Shown one piece after another: positions 17,202 through 26,468 of a DNA stretch of 32,000 nt. The notes under the pieces were generated by a model. That model was not told where the DNA came from. It made no database searches and saw only the letters and a list, made by a program, of their open reading frames with translations. Source of the stretch: Acaryochloris marina MBIC11017 (GTDB lineage Bacteria; Cyanobacteriota; Cyanobacteriia; Thermosynechococcales; Thermosynechococcaceae); assembly GCF_000018105.1 (NCBI RefSeq), contig NC_009925.1, forward strand, positions 4,560,001-4,592,000, in the 5' to 3' direction. The position numbers and the translations under genes were made by a program. Position 1 is the first letter of the stretch, and each line of letters starts with the position of its first letter.

Positions 17202-18800
17202 TTAGCAGCGCCCTTTCTTGCCCCGCTTACCGTTAGGGTAAACCGTCAACCAGTTGGTCTGGGCAAACGATAATTGAGACTCACTCAATTTGGCACCCGA
17301 TAAATCTGCCCCACAGAGATTAGCTCCCCGTAAATTGGCATGGCTAAGATAGGCATCACTCAGATTAGCGCCTCGCAAATCTGCATTGGCCAAATCAGCA
17401 TGGCTCATATAGGCTTGCATCAAATTCGCGTTGCGTAAATTCGCCCCGGTAAAGTTAGCTCGACCAAAGTTCGCATTGATCAGGATGGCATCCCGCAAAT
17501 CCGTATTTTGGAACTTCCCTTCATGGAAGTTGGCGCTCGGCAGTTGAAACTTACGGAGATTTAGATTGCGTAAATCTTGTCCACTAAAGTCTCGCTGACC
17601 CCGTCCATAGGCATGTTGGACTGCATTAGGGGTTAAGCGTGCTTTCTTCGGACCCCGCGAACTCAGGCTAGAAGAAGAGTCCAACCCCGTATAGCTGGAA
17701 CGAGGGGTTGAAAGTTGTCCTGAAACTTTAGAAAGGGCACCTGAAAGCGGGGATTGGGCACGGGAGTTATACCGCCGAATTCCAGATGCAGCTCGAGAAG
17801 ACGGTGAGTTGGAACGAGGTCTTGTAGGCGAATAGGACCGTGACGATGATGAAGAACGGCGGGGAGGTTGAGAGGCAGAAATTCCAGAAGACGGGCCAGA
17901 TGCATTCTTCGCTAGAGCCTGGAGTACCTCTTTAGCAGACCGATAGCGATCCCGAAGGGAGATCTCCAACATCTTGCCCAGGATCTCTTGTAGCTCAGGA
18001 CCAACCCGCACATGCTCTCGCCAGCTTAACTCGCCTGACACGGGGTTATAGCTTAAGTCTTTGGGAGATTTCCCCGTTAACAAGTAAATGCAAGTCACCC
18101 CTAGGCTATATACGTCACTGGCATAGACCGGGCGCATGGCCATCTGTTCGGGTGGGGCAAAGCCAGGGGTACCAACAGCAAAAGAGGTCAGGGTACTGTT
18201 TTCATCCGGGTTTGCAATCGCCGTCTGACTCACTTGGTCTTTAACAGCACCAAAGTCAATCACAACTAGCTTGTCATCAATTTCTCGACGAATAATGTTG
18301 GCAGGCTTAAGGTCACGATGAATGACTTCTACACTGTGCAAGTGCTCCATCAAGGGTAGAACTTCTTCTAGCACGTTATAGACCATCGATTCGTCAAACG
18401 GACCAGATCGCCGAACCTCTTGTTGCAAGGTTGCGCCTTTGACATACTCTTGAACCAGGAAAAATTCCTGACCGAGTTCAAAATAATCTAATAGTCTCGG
18501 TAATTGAGGATGATTACCGATTTTACCGAGAGTTTCAGCTTCTCGTTGAAACAGTTCTCGGGACATTTCCAAAATGTGGGGAGCGGTGACGACTGGACGA
18601 AGCTGCTTAATCACGCAGGTGGGTTTTCCAGGTAACCCTTCATCTTCAGCCAAAAATGTCGTTGCAAACCCTCCTCGGCCCAAAATTCGAGTCGAACGAT
18701 AGCGATCACGTAATACCAGGTTACTACCACAAGCCTGACAAACCATTTGCCGTGGTGCGTTACTGGGATTCGTACAAGCTGGATTTAAGCAATAGCTCAT
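17202..18800 (-). CDS. Ser/Thr protein kinase with an N-terminal 4-Cys prefix (zinc-ribbon-like), an S/R/P-rich linker and C-terminal pentapeptide repeats.
   Basis: Evidence from the translation:
- 4-Cys prefix: CLNPACTNP..CQACGS.
- Kinase motifs: GRGGFATTF, HRDLKPANII, IDFGAVK, GTPGFAPPEQ.
- Pentapeptide repeats in the tail: ANLRNANLMQAYMSHADLANADLRGANLSDAYLSHANLRGANLCGADLSGAKL. Confidence 0.9.
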   Translation of the reverse strand: MSYCLNPACTNPSNAPRQMVCQACGSNLVLRDRYRSTRILGRGGFATTFLAEDEGLPGKPTCVIKQLRPVVTAPHILEMSRELFQREAETLGKIGNHPQLPRLLDYFELGQEFFLVQEYVKGATLQQEVRRSGPFDESMVYNVLEEVLPLMEHLHSVEVIHRDLKPANIIRREIDDKLVVIDFGAVKDQVSQTAIANPDENSTLTSFAVGTPGFAPPEQMAMRPVYASDVYSLGVTCIYLLTGKSPKDLSYNPVSGELSWREHVRVGPELQEILGKMLEISLRDRYRSAKEVLQALAKNASGPSSGISASQPPRRSSSSSRSYSPTRPRSNSPSSRAASGIRRYNSRAQSPLSGALSKVSGQLSTPRSSYTGLDSSSSLSSRGPKKARLTPNAVQHAYGRGQRDFSGQDLRNLNLRKFQLPSANFHEGKFQNTDLRDAILINANFGRANFTGANLRNANLMQAYMSHADLANADLRGANLSDAYLSHANLRGANLCGADLSGAKLSESQLSFAQTNWLTVYPNGKRGKKGRC

Positions 18801-18990
18801 TCAGCGTCTCTCAGGTGATTGTGAATCAGGTGTGCTTTTAGAAGGTGCAAACTCTCCTATAGTCATTCTGCCCGCTTTTGTTCCTCGTGGGAGCATGCCC
18901 TGCTAATTCGATAAACAAGGTCAGGATAACAACGATAGTTGTCAACACTAGAGATAGATAGTTTTTGATGCTGAAAGGTTTTTTCTACCT

Positions 18991-19458
18991 ATGAAAGTTA
19001 TAGAGCATACCCCTGCTTTGCTAGTCTTGCAAGAACGGCTACTTGGAATTCGACTCTTTGGGGGAGCCACTGCTCTATTAGGCTTTATGATTTTCATCAT
19101 ATTTGAATTCCCCTTCGACCTATTTGGCTGTTTCTGTATTGCGATCGCAGCCCTGATCAGCACATTAAGCCCCCTTGAAATCTGCACCTTCGATAAATCA
19201 GATAATGTCGTAGTTCTGGAAAAACGCCGCTGGTTCAGCTCTCAAATTCGACGATATTGTATGACCCAGATTGAAACCATTCATGTCGAAGAAAAGGCTT
19301 GGTTGGGGACCAATTTTTATCAAGTCAGGCTGAACTTTGTGTCAGGCCATCGCTCCACACTTACCCAGTTTGCAACCACCGATCGAATTGCCCAGCATAG
19401 CCTAGCAGAACGCATCCGCGACTTTCTAGAAGTTGGATGTTTAACCACCATCTCCTAA
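18991..19458 (+). CDS. Hypothetical membrane protein (two predicted TM helices plus a soluble C-terminal part).
   Basis: It is a clean 155-aa ORF with hydrophobic stretches LFGGATALLGFMIFIIF and LFGCFCIAIAALISTL. I recognised no family. Confidence 0.6.
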   Translation: MKVIEHTPALLVLQERLLGIRLFGGATALLGFMIFIIFEFPFDLFGCFCIAIAALISTLSPLEICTFDKSDNVVVLEKRRWFSSQIRRYCMTQIETIHVEEKAWLGTNFYQVRLNFVSGHRSTLTQFATTDRIAQHSLAERIRDFLEVGCLTTIS

Positions 19459-19648
19459 ATCTAAATCCATAGGAAAACTTTGCTTGCTCCAGGTGTTGAG
19501 TTAGTGAAGTTACTCTATTGTGGATAACAGATATGGGCTCGTCCTTCCCCCTCTAAATGCGAGTAAAGAATGAGCGATTACCATAGACTTTCTCAGGGTT
19601 TGGTGTTGCTCAAAAACTCGAATTGCTGGAAAGCAAAAGTATTCGGGA

Positions 19649-21664
19649 TTAATTGGCTAGGCGATTTTTAATGTGATCGCTAAGTCGTAGTGCTAATGCT
19701 CCCAATGTTAGGGATGGATTGGCAGTGGGAATATAGGGAAAAACTGAGACATCTGCAATATAAAGATTGTCATAGCTATGACTTTTGAGATTCTCATCCA
19801 CTACCCCTTGGGTTGGATCGGCACTGATCCTTAAAGTGCCGCCTGCGTGATTTACCGTGCCGCCATGGGCAGCAACTCCCATGCCCTCATTGGGATTATG
19901 AGGAATCTCTAAAGCTGTGAGAATCCGGTTGCGGAACTGACGAGCTTGGTCAATGAATGTATCGCTCAGTGTTAGGTTTGCCACCCGAATTGCTGCCTTT
20001 TGACTTGGCCCTTGGGATTCGACGCTATTACTGTCTATGAGCTCCTTAGAAAAGCCGAACTTCATCGTGATTTCAGTCCGGCGGTTTTCTGGCGGTTGAC
20101 GCTGCCAGAGATCATCATCTGCTCGGCGCACGTGCCAATACCAAGGGTTGATCAACAGCTCAGCATAGAACGGATAGTGATCTGCTCGTGCATCTCCGGC
20201 CCATAGCAGGACCTTGGCATGATTTAAATCTCCTGCAAAAGAATTGCTCTCAGGTATCAGATAGTTACTAGAGAACAGATAGGGATGATCAGTTAACCCT
20301 ACACCAGCCTTACCAGACTGATCGTTAAGATTGCTTTGCAAAAAGATTTTAGGACTTTCAATCGATCCAGCGGCCAAGACAATCACCTTGCCACGATAGA
20401 TTCGTTCCTGATGGCCAACAAGGTCTTGGCAAACGACCTCACTGACACGCCCAGGATTATTGGGATCAGGACGGATATGGGTGACTAGGTGGTTGAGATT
20501 TACAGTTAGGTTGCGAGAGCCCACATCTGCCACAAATGCTTTCGAGTCAGATAGTAAATCTGCTGTTGAAAAAACCCCTGTTGATGCAAACAGAACGCTA
20601 TTGGTCATCTCTTGCGCATTGAGATTTGGCTGGTGTCGAGATCGCGGCAAGTCTGTAATGTTCATATCAGGAAGCTTCTGCTTTAGATGAGTAACAACAC
20701 GATCTTGAAAGTTGCCCAGCGTTTTACGTTTACGCATAAGGGTTTCTGCTCGGATATATCCGTCACTCCCCCCCTGTTGTTCATCCCGCAAAAAATTGCG
20801 AATGGCAGTTGGCCAATAGTTATATTCCCATTCCTGCATCCGCAAGATAATGCCGGACCAATACAGTGAGCGCCCTCCAAGGGCCATCTGGGCCCCAAAG
20901 AGGAAGTTGGTATTATCCTTGCGATCGTAGTGTCCCACTTGATGCTCAGAGACAATCTCATCCCAATCAGCATAGGCATTACCCACATGGGTTGGGGATT
21001 GTAGTCCGCCAATTTCAAGCACAAGGGTATCTAACCCTGCATCCGAAACGGCATCCGCCACAATGCCACCCCCCATTCCCGAGCCAATCACAATCACGTC
21101 ATATTCTTTGATCGATTGACGGTTACCAGGGAATCGCCGCTGCTGCTGGAGGCTTTCGTGGGTGCGTAGGTTGTCATAACTATGGAGAAAGTGTAGTTCA
21201 GCATCTGAGGAAAAATGAATCACTCCCGCATTGGGATGCGTAATGGGATCATCGGTGAAGCGATGCTCACCACTGTTATTAACCGTGAGATCATGACCGT
21301 CCATCCAATATTGGCCATTAAGGAAAAACTTAAAACTTAAGCTAACAGGGTGGCTGGAACGCTCCAACTCAAAAATCCAGGCTCCAAAGGAATACACACC
21401 ATAAATATCCTTAGTCCAGCCATCAATCCCATTGCGGAGTGTGACTAAATTACTAGGGGCATAGCGATCCGTAAGCAGCAGAATCTTAAATGTTTCTCCC
21501 CGCTGGATACCTGCAAACGTAACAGAGGTATCGGTACTCAGCAGTTGACGGGTCTCGGCCTCTGAAACTTCTTGAAAAGCATAGGTGGCGTCATCAAAAA
21601 TAACGCTGCCGCTTACGTCAACTGACTCGCCGTTCTCAACGGTCGGATTATCAATAATCTGCAT
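19649..21664 (-). CDS. GMC-family FAD-dependent oxidoreductase with an N-terminal extension of about 185 aa.
   Basis: The Rossmann FAD motif YDVIVIGSGMGGGIVADAVSDAGLDTLVLEIGG begins near aa 188. The GMC C-terminal signature is ..NLYIADVSVFPYIPTANPSLTLGALALRL. Confidence 0.85.
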   Translation of the reverse strand: MQIIDNPTVENGESVDVSGSVIFDDATYAFQEVSEAETRQLLSTDTSVTFAGIQRGETFKILLLTDRYAPSNLVTLRNGIDGWTKDIYGVYSFGAWIFELERSSHPVSLSFKFFLNGQYWMDGHDLTVNNSGEHRFTDDPITHPNAGVIHFSSDAELHFLHSYDNLRTHESLQQQRRFPGNRQSIKEYDVIVIGSGMGGGIVADAVSDAGLDTLVLEIGGLQSPTHVGNAYADWDEIVSEHQVGHYDRKDNTNFLFGAQMALGGRSLYWSGIILRMQEWEYNYWPTAIRNFLRDEQQGGSDGYIRAETLMRKRKTLGNFQDRVVTHLKQKLPDMNITDLPRSRHQPNLNAQEMTNSVLFASTGVFSTADLLSDSKAFVADVGSRNLTVNLNHLVTHIRPDPNNPGRVSEVVCQDLVGHQERIYRGKVIVLAAGSIESPKIFLQSNLNDQSGKAGVGLTDHPYLFSSNYLIPESNSFAGDLNHAKVLLWAGDARADHYPFYAELLINPWYWHVRRADDDLWQRQPPENRRTEITMKFGFSKELIDSNSVESQGPSQKAAIRVANLTLSDTFIDQARQFRNRILTALEIPHNPNEGMGVAAHGGTVNHAGGTLRISADPTQGVVDENLKSHSYDNLYIADVSVFPYIPTANPSLTLGALALRLSDHIKNRLAN

Positions 21665-21892
21665 GGTGGGCTCCAGAAATACTGTCCGGTCTATCTTGAC
21701 TTTCTAGATTTCTAAGATTGCAGAACCCGTTATGCTACTTTTCGCAAAACTTAATGCCACCAAGTCTAGATTTACACTTAATGGGCTGCCCTAAAATATT
21801 AAATGCCACAGACCATCGCTGCAGTCTTCCATATAACTCACTCACGAAGTGGAGCAATGCGAAGTTATAGAGAACGGATATCAATTTAAAAA

Positions 21893-21964
21893 CTCCCCAG
21901 GTAGGATTCGAACCTACGACCAATCGATTAACAGTCGACCGCTCTACCACTGAGCTACTGAGGA
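21893..21964 (-). tRNA. tRNA-Asn (anticodon GTT); CCA is not encoded.
   Basis: The reverse complement folds by hand into a cloverleaf:
- Acceptor stem: TCCTCAG/CTGGGGA.
- D arm: GCTC-AGTGGTA-GAGC.
- Anticodon stem GTCGA/TCGAT with loop CT-GTT-AA.
- T arm: GTAGG-TTCGAAT-CCTAC.
- Discriminator: G. Confidence 0.92.
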
Positions 21965-22019
21965 TAGCGAATCTCATACTAGCGATAAACGGATAACTTT
22001 GGCAAGGTTAATTTTCAGA

Positions 22020-23552
22020 TTAAGAATCCGAAGGGCTAGATGGTCGGTTACGTAACCAGTCTTGACCTACTCGAATGGTTAAATCCGAGCCCAAGTCACC
22101 GGTGGAATTAGCTAGCAGTTGACTATCTTTGAGCAATGCCTGCAGATATTCGGCCGATTCAAGATCTCCCCATTGGGGGATAATTTGGGTTTTGGCAATG
22201 GATTCAGGCCAGTCTTCATCTGCATAATGGATATTGTAGAATCCTTGCTCCTGCAGATACTCAACCATTGTCAGATCCCCATCAGGATCATCTGTAGCAT
22301 TTTGAACAACGATTCTGATGTCTTTAAATTGAGCCGGATCCCGAGTTGCAATCTCATATCCTTCTGGCGGAGGAACCTCGAAATAGGTTTGCATTACCCT
22401 GTCCATCCCAGCGAGGTCCATGAGCCAAAAACTAAATTCATACTCATCAGGACCACTGAAACGACCGGGTAGCAGAACCATCTGGAGCTGATCAGAATTC
22501 ACTTGTAGTCCGAACTGCATCAAAGCCAGCATTTCTCCAACACTTAAATTAGAGTCAATATGCTTTTGCAAAACGGACAAAATTTGAGGCAGACGCGTCA
22601 ACATCGCCGGATTAGCCATTTTCTTCTGCAATGCCTTTAGCAGAATTTGTTGCCGCTGGGCACGGCCAATATCGCCTAAATTATTATTTCGAAACCGAAC
22701 AAAACCCTCAGCTTCCACGCCATTGAGTTTTTGTAGCCCAGGTTCTAAATCAATCTTCAGTTTTTGGGTTTGATCCTCATACTGCATCGCGAATGGGACA
22801 TACACCTCAACCCCGTCGACAACATCTACAAGTTCTCTAAAAGCACCTGTACTCACCCGCACATAGCGATCAATTTGGACATCGTTTAAGGTTTTGCTGA
22901 CGACTTCGGTGACTAAATCTGGCCCACCCCACCAATTGGCAGAATTAATTTTGGTAACCCCCACATCTGGAATGGACACACGGGTATCGCGGGGAATCGA
23001 TAAAATGCTGACTCGATCATTACCTGGATTTAGGCGAACCAGCAGCATGGTGTCACTACGACTTTTGAACGGATCGCGTTCTTCACCTTCCTCAGGTTCT
23101 TCAAGATTAAGATCAACGCCCAAAACAATGATGTTAACGGGGCGAGAAATGCCGTAACGCAAACCGCCCTGGAGTAGTTCAGGCAAAGACACTGGGCCAT
23201 CTGTGTCTCCGAGCAGACGGAAAGGCGTGACCAATGCCAGGGTTGCGCCCAAACCAGCCGAGAGGGTCATCGTGAAGGAAAACGTGACCCCCCAAGTTAC
23301 CCATCTAAATAGCGTCCCAACACGGCTCGCCCTTACGGGCTTTGCAGTTATTTTTTGGTGTTTGTGAGAAGGTCTCGGCCCACTTGCAGCTCGATGCTTA
23401 GATTGGCGTTTCGTAGGAAATGCTCCTTTTTTTACGTTGGCACTCTTGAAGGTATTATCGGCCACGGTAATTTTGTGTGAAGGGTTAACAAAAGGCGACG
23501 ATTCTAGGCTTTCGACGGTTCCCTTTGCACATAACGCTACGATTCTACACAA
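22020..23552 (-). CDS. LCP (LytR-CpsA-Psr) family protein with an N-terminal TM anchor and a LytR_C-like C-terminal domain.
   Basis: NIIVLGVDLN..RSDTMLLVRLNP..VSILSIPRDTRV..KINSA..IDRYVRVSTGAFRELVDVVDGVEV is LCP-like. The TM segment is VTWGVTFSFTMTLSAGLGATLALV. The exact start is uncertain. Confidence 0.85.
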   Translation of the reverse strand: MCRIVALCAKGTVESLESSPFVNPSHKITVADNTFKSANVKKGAFPTKRQSKHRAASGPRPSHKHQKITAKPVRASRVGTLFRWVTWGVTFSFTMTLSAGLGATLALVTPFRLLGDTDGPVSLPELLQGGLRYGISRPVNIIVLGVDLNLEEPEEGEERDPFKSRSDTMLLVRLNPGNDRVSILSIPRDTRVSIPDVGVTKINSANWWGGPDLVTEVVSKTLNDVQIDRYVRVSTGAFRELVDVVDGVEVYVPFAMQYEDQTQKLKIDLEPGLQKLNGVEAEGFVRFRNNNLGDIGRAQRQQILLKALQKKMANPAMLTRLPQILSVLQKHIDSNLSVGEMLALMQFGLQVNSDQLQMVLLPGRFSGPDEYEFSFWLMDLAGMDRVMQTYFEVPPPEGYEIATRDPAQFKDIRIVVQNATDDPDGDLTMVEYLQEQGFYNIHYADEDWPESIAKTQIIPQWGDLESAEYLQALLKDSQLLANSTGDLGSDLTIRVGQDWLRNRPSSPSDS

Positions 23553-23632
23553 TTAGATTGGAATGGCAAGGGGATTGGTTATATTGACTGACAGTTTACC
23601 CAAATTCTTCTTAGAACTTAAGGTTGTTAACT

Positions 23633-24604
23633 ATGCAAGCCGTAATCATTGCTGGTGGAAAAGGAACAAGGCTATCCCCTCTAACATTACGTAGTCCTAA
23701 ACCCATGCTGCCCCTTTTCGAGCGCCCTTTTCTCAGTTGGATGGTTGAGCGGTGTAAAGCAGTCGGATTAACCGATATTTTGATGAATATTCGGTACCAG
23801 GCTACTCAAATCCAAGAGTATTTCGGAGATGGCCAAAAGTTTGGCGTCAAGATTCGCTATGTCATTGAGAAAGAAGCCCTGGATACAGCAGGAGCGATGA
23901 AGCTAGCAGAGCCTTTTTATACGGGAGAGCCTTTGGTCGTCTTTAATGCGGATATTCTCACAAATCTGAATCTGCAGGCTTTGATGCAAGCCCATGAACA
24001 GACTCAAGCCCAAGCCACCATTGCTTTAGCCAGAGTTGCAGATCCCACCGCATTTGGCCTAGTCGAATTGACAGATATTACGGCCAGTGAGCACTCATCC
24101 ACAGGTACCATCCAATCCTTCCGGGAGAAACCCACCCCCGAAGAAGCCGCAACATTAGGCATTGATACAGTTAACGCAGGAACCTATGTTCTCAATCCCG
24201 AGATTTTCGCGCAGTATCCAGCCGATCAGCCCCTCAGCTTTGAACGCACGGTTTTTCCCAATCTTTTATCAAACCAACAGAAAATTTCTGGGTTTGTCTG
24301 GGAGGGGTATTGGATGGATCTAGGAACACCGGCTAAATTCTACGGGGCTCACTTAGATATTTTGCAGGGAAAGATGCCGTTCCCTTTACCTGAAGCCATG
24401 GAAGAGCGTCAACCTCAAGTCTGGGTTGCAAATAATGCCATTATTGATCCTCAAGCGAAGATATCTGGACCTTGCTTTTTGGGTGAGAACGCTAAGCTTG
24501 GTCCCCAGGCAGAGATCTCTAGTGGGGTCATCTTAGGGGCTAGCGGGTTAATCGACCGCCCCTTGTCACCCGGTATCTATCCTCCAGGGACGGTCGCAGT
24601 ATAG
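23633..24604 (+). CDS. Sugar-1-phosphate nucleotidyltransferase (NDP-sugar pyrophosphorylase; mannose-1-P guanylyltransferase-like) with a C-terminal left-handed beta-helix-like tail.
   Basis: MQAVIIAGGKGTRLSPLTLRSPKPMLPL.. is the typical N-terminal signature. I prefer the ATG at 23633 to the listed TTG at 23624. Confidence 0.85.
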   Translation: MQAVIIAGGKGTRLSPLTLRSPKPMLPLFERPFLSWMVERCKAVGLTDILMNIRYQATQIQEYFGDGQKFGVKIRYVIEKEALDTAGAMKLAEPFYTGEPLVVFNADILTNLNLQALMQAHEQTQAQATIALARVADPTAFGLVELTDITASEHSSTGTIQSFREKPTPEEAATLGIDTVNAGTYVLNPEIFAQYPADQPLSFERTVFPNLLSNQQKISGFVWEGYWMDLGTPAKFYGAHLDILQGKMPFPLPEAMEERQPQVWVANNAIIDPQAKISGPCFLGENAKLGPQAEISSGVILGASGLIDRPLSPGIYPPGTVAV

Positions 24605-24608
24605 GGCG

Positions 24609-25655
24609 TTAGGTATGAGGTAGGATGACCGCTTTGATGGTTTTGCGATCTCGCATATCAGCAAACACCTGCCCTAGATGATTGAGGGGTTGGGTATCGT
24701 TCAGGAGTTGTTCAAACGGCAGCTCCTGACTGGCTAACAGGGCTAAGGATTCTCGAACAAATGTAGGGGTATTGTGGAAGACTCCTTTCAGGGTGAGTTC
24801 GCTGTAGTGCAATAAATCAGTATTGACGGTGATACTTGTATCCCGAGGACATCCCCCAAATAAATTGATAGTTGCCCCTGGTCGTCCGCAGGCGATAGCG
24901 GTTTCCCAAACACTAGGCACTCCTGTTGCTTCAATCACAACATCTGCCCCATAGTTCTCTGTCAGTCCCAACGTGGTCGCGGCTAGGTCTGTATGGTGGT
25001 GATTAAAAATATGGGTAGCGCCGAGTTCCTGTCCCAATTTCAATCGCTGATCGGACCCACCGAATAAAATGACCTCTGCACCACGATGGGCTAAAACGCC
25101 CACAAACATCAGGCCAATGGCTCCATCCCCAATCACAACCACTCTTTGGGCAGGACCATCCTTTTGTTCAGGCTTAAAACCTGAGCGGGCAATGCCATGC
25201 AAAACGCAGGCCAAGGGCTCAGTCAGAGAGGCGGTCGCCATGGATAAATGTTCTGGAATAGGGAGCAAGTTTTGCTCAACAATGGCGGCAGGAATTCTCA
25301 AATATTGGGCAAAGGTGCCGTTATTAAAGGTTAAATCCGTGCAAAGGGAATATTCCTGCCGCTGGCAAAAAAAGCAGTGTCCGCAGGGTGCTGAATTGTT
25401 GGCAACGACGCGATCGCCAAGGGACCAACCCTGAACCCCCGAGCCTATGGCTACAATCTGACCAGCTGCTTCATGGCCAAACAGAGTGGGTGGCTTCAGC
25501 ATTTTGGCATGGCCCCCGCGTCGCCACACTTTCAAGTCCGTGCCACAGGTCGTCGCGACATCCACTTGAATCACCACTTCACCGGTTTCAGGGGCAGGGT
25601 CAGGAACCGTTTCTAGGCGGAGATCGGTCTGGCCATGTAATACCGCTGCTAGCAC
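24609..25655 (-). CDS. Zinc-dependent medium-chain dehydrogenase/reductase (alcohol, sorbitol or threonine dehydrogenase-like).
   Basis: Three motifs support the call: CGTDLKV..GHEAAGQIVAIG (catalytic Zn), CGHCFFCQRQEYSLC (structural Zn) and VIGDGAIGLM (NAD fold). The start is a GTG. Confidence 0.85.
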   Translation of the reverse strand: MLAAVLHGQTDLRLETVPDPAPETGEVVIQVDVATTCGTDLKVWRRGGHAKMLKPPTLFGHEAAGQIVAIGSGVQGWSLGDRVVANNSAPCGHCFFCQRQEYSLCTDLTFNNGTFAQYLRIPAAIVEQNLLPIPEHLSMATASLTEPLACVLHGIARSGFKPEQKDGPAQRVVVIGDGAIGLMFVGVLAHRGAEVILFGGSDQRLKLGQELGATHIFNHHHTDLAATTLGLTENYGADVVIEATGVPSVWETAIACGRPGATINLFGGCPRDTSITVNTDLLHYSELTLKGVFHNTPTFVRESLALLASQELPFEQLLNDTQPLNHLGQVFADMRDRKTIKAVILPHT

Positions 25656-25810
25656 GTTAATTCAGTCCTCTATTCAGCTTCATCATCTTAACGGGAATCG
25701 CTGGAGTCATATAAAAGGCGGATAGGTTTTGCACTAGCTTATTCTGATTGAGATCAGAGTTGTATATCTAGCTGGCGTAGGGCAAAGGGTAAGAGAGCTA
25801 GACTGAAAAT

Positions 25811-26218
25811 ATGGCATCTTGGGCAATCATACAGAACGCTTCCTACATCCTTCTCATTCAAAGAAGTCGGCAAACGACCAGAGCTGATCAATGGTGTTTC
25901 CCGGGAGGTGGCATTAAAAAGAGCGAAACGCCAGAACAAGCATGTATTCGAGAAGCCTTGGAAGAGACACAACTTGCCATCAAAATTGTTGATACTGTGG
26001 CCAAGATTCGTGATGACTACTACTTCCTGTGCAAACTTGAGAATCCGCTTCAATCAGTTATCTTGAAACCCAATGAGTGCCAGAACTATGTTTGGGTTAA
26101 TCCGACACATCTGATTGATCTGGGCATCATCATGAATCTGAAAGTTGTTGTGCCACTTTTACGTTCCATTGGATATGACGTTCATTTATCTAATGAATTA
26201 GAACGCTATATCGCATAA
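25811..26218 (+). CDS. NUDIX hydrolase.
   Basis: The Nudix box GGGIKKSETPEQACIREALEETQL fits G-x5-E-x7-REUxEExGU. Confidence 0.8.
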   Translation: MASWAIIQNASYILLIQRSRQTTRADQWCFPGGGIKKSETPEQACIREALEETQLAIKIVDTVAKIRDDYYFLCKLENPLQSVILKPNECQNYVWVNPTHLIDLGIIMNLKVVVPLLRSIGYDVHLSNELERYIA

Positions 26219-26468
26219 GCTACGGTTTATCGATAGTGATCAGGCATTTTTAGGTAACTGAGTTTCAAGGTGGTGTTTAAGAGTAAAAGATAGCCATACT
26301 AAAGACTCAACATTGTTTTATTGTAAAGACCCTCTCCCAATATCTGGGGATTCGTTAAGGTTTAAGGGGTAAACTTCTCAACATGTTGCTGTGCATCTCA
26401 GTCTAGAGGGGCCAGCAGCCTCCCAAATTACGTTTTCAACGTCAATTCAAGATCGGTATTTGTGATCT

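Noticed and set aside
19623-19636. A rho-independent terminator after the GMC oxidoreductase gene (ttgct-ggaa-agcaa; on the minus strand followed by TTCGAGTTTTT).
   Set aside because: The stem is only 5 bp and the U-run is separated from it by 6 nt. That is too weak to call.
21735-21977. The listed 80-aa ORF.
   Set aside because: It overlaps tRNA-Asn; its SSVVERSTVNRLVVGSNPT stretch is a translated tRNA.
21665-22019. An integrative element or prophage junction at tRNA-Asn.
   Set aside because: I found no integrase and no direct repeat of the tRNA 3' end nearby. The flanking genes look like ordinary chromosomal genes.
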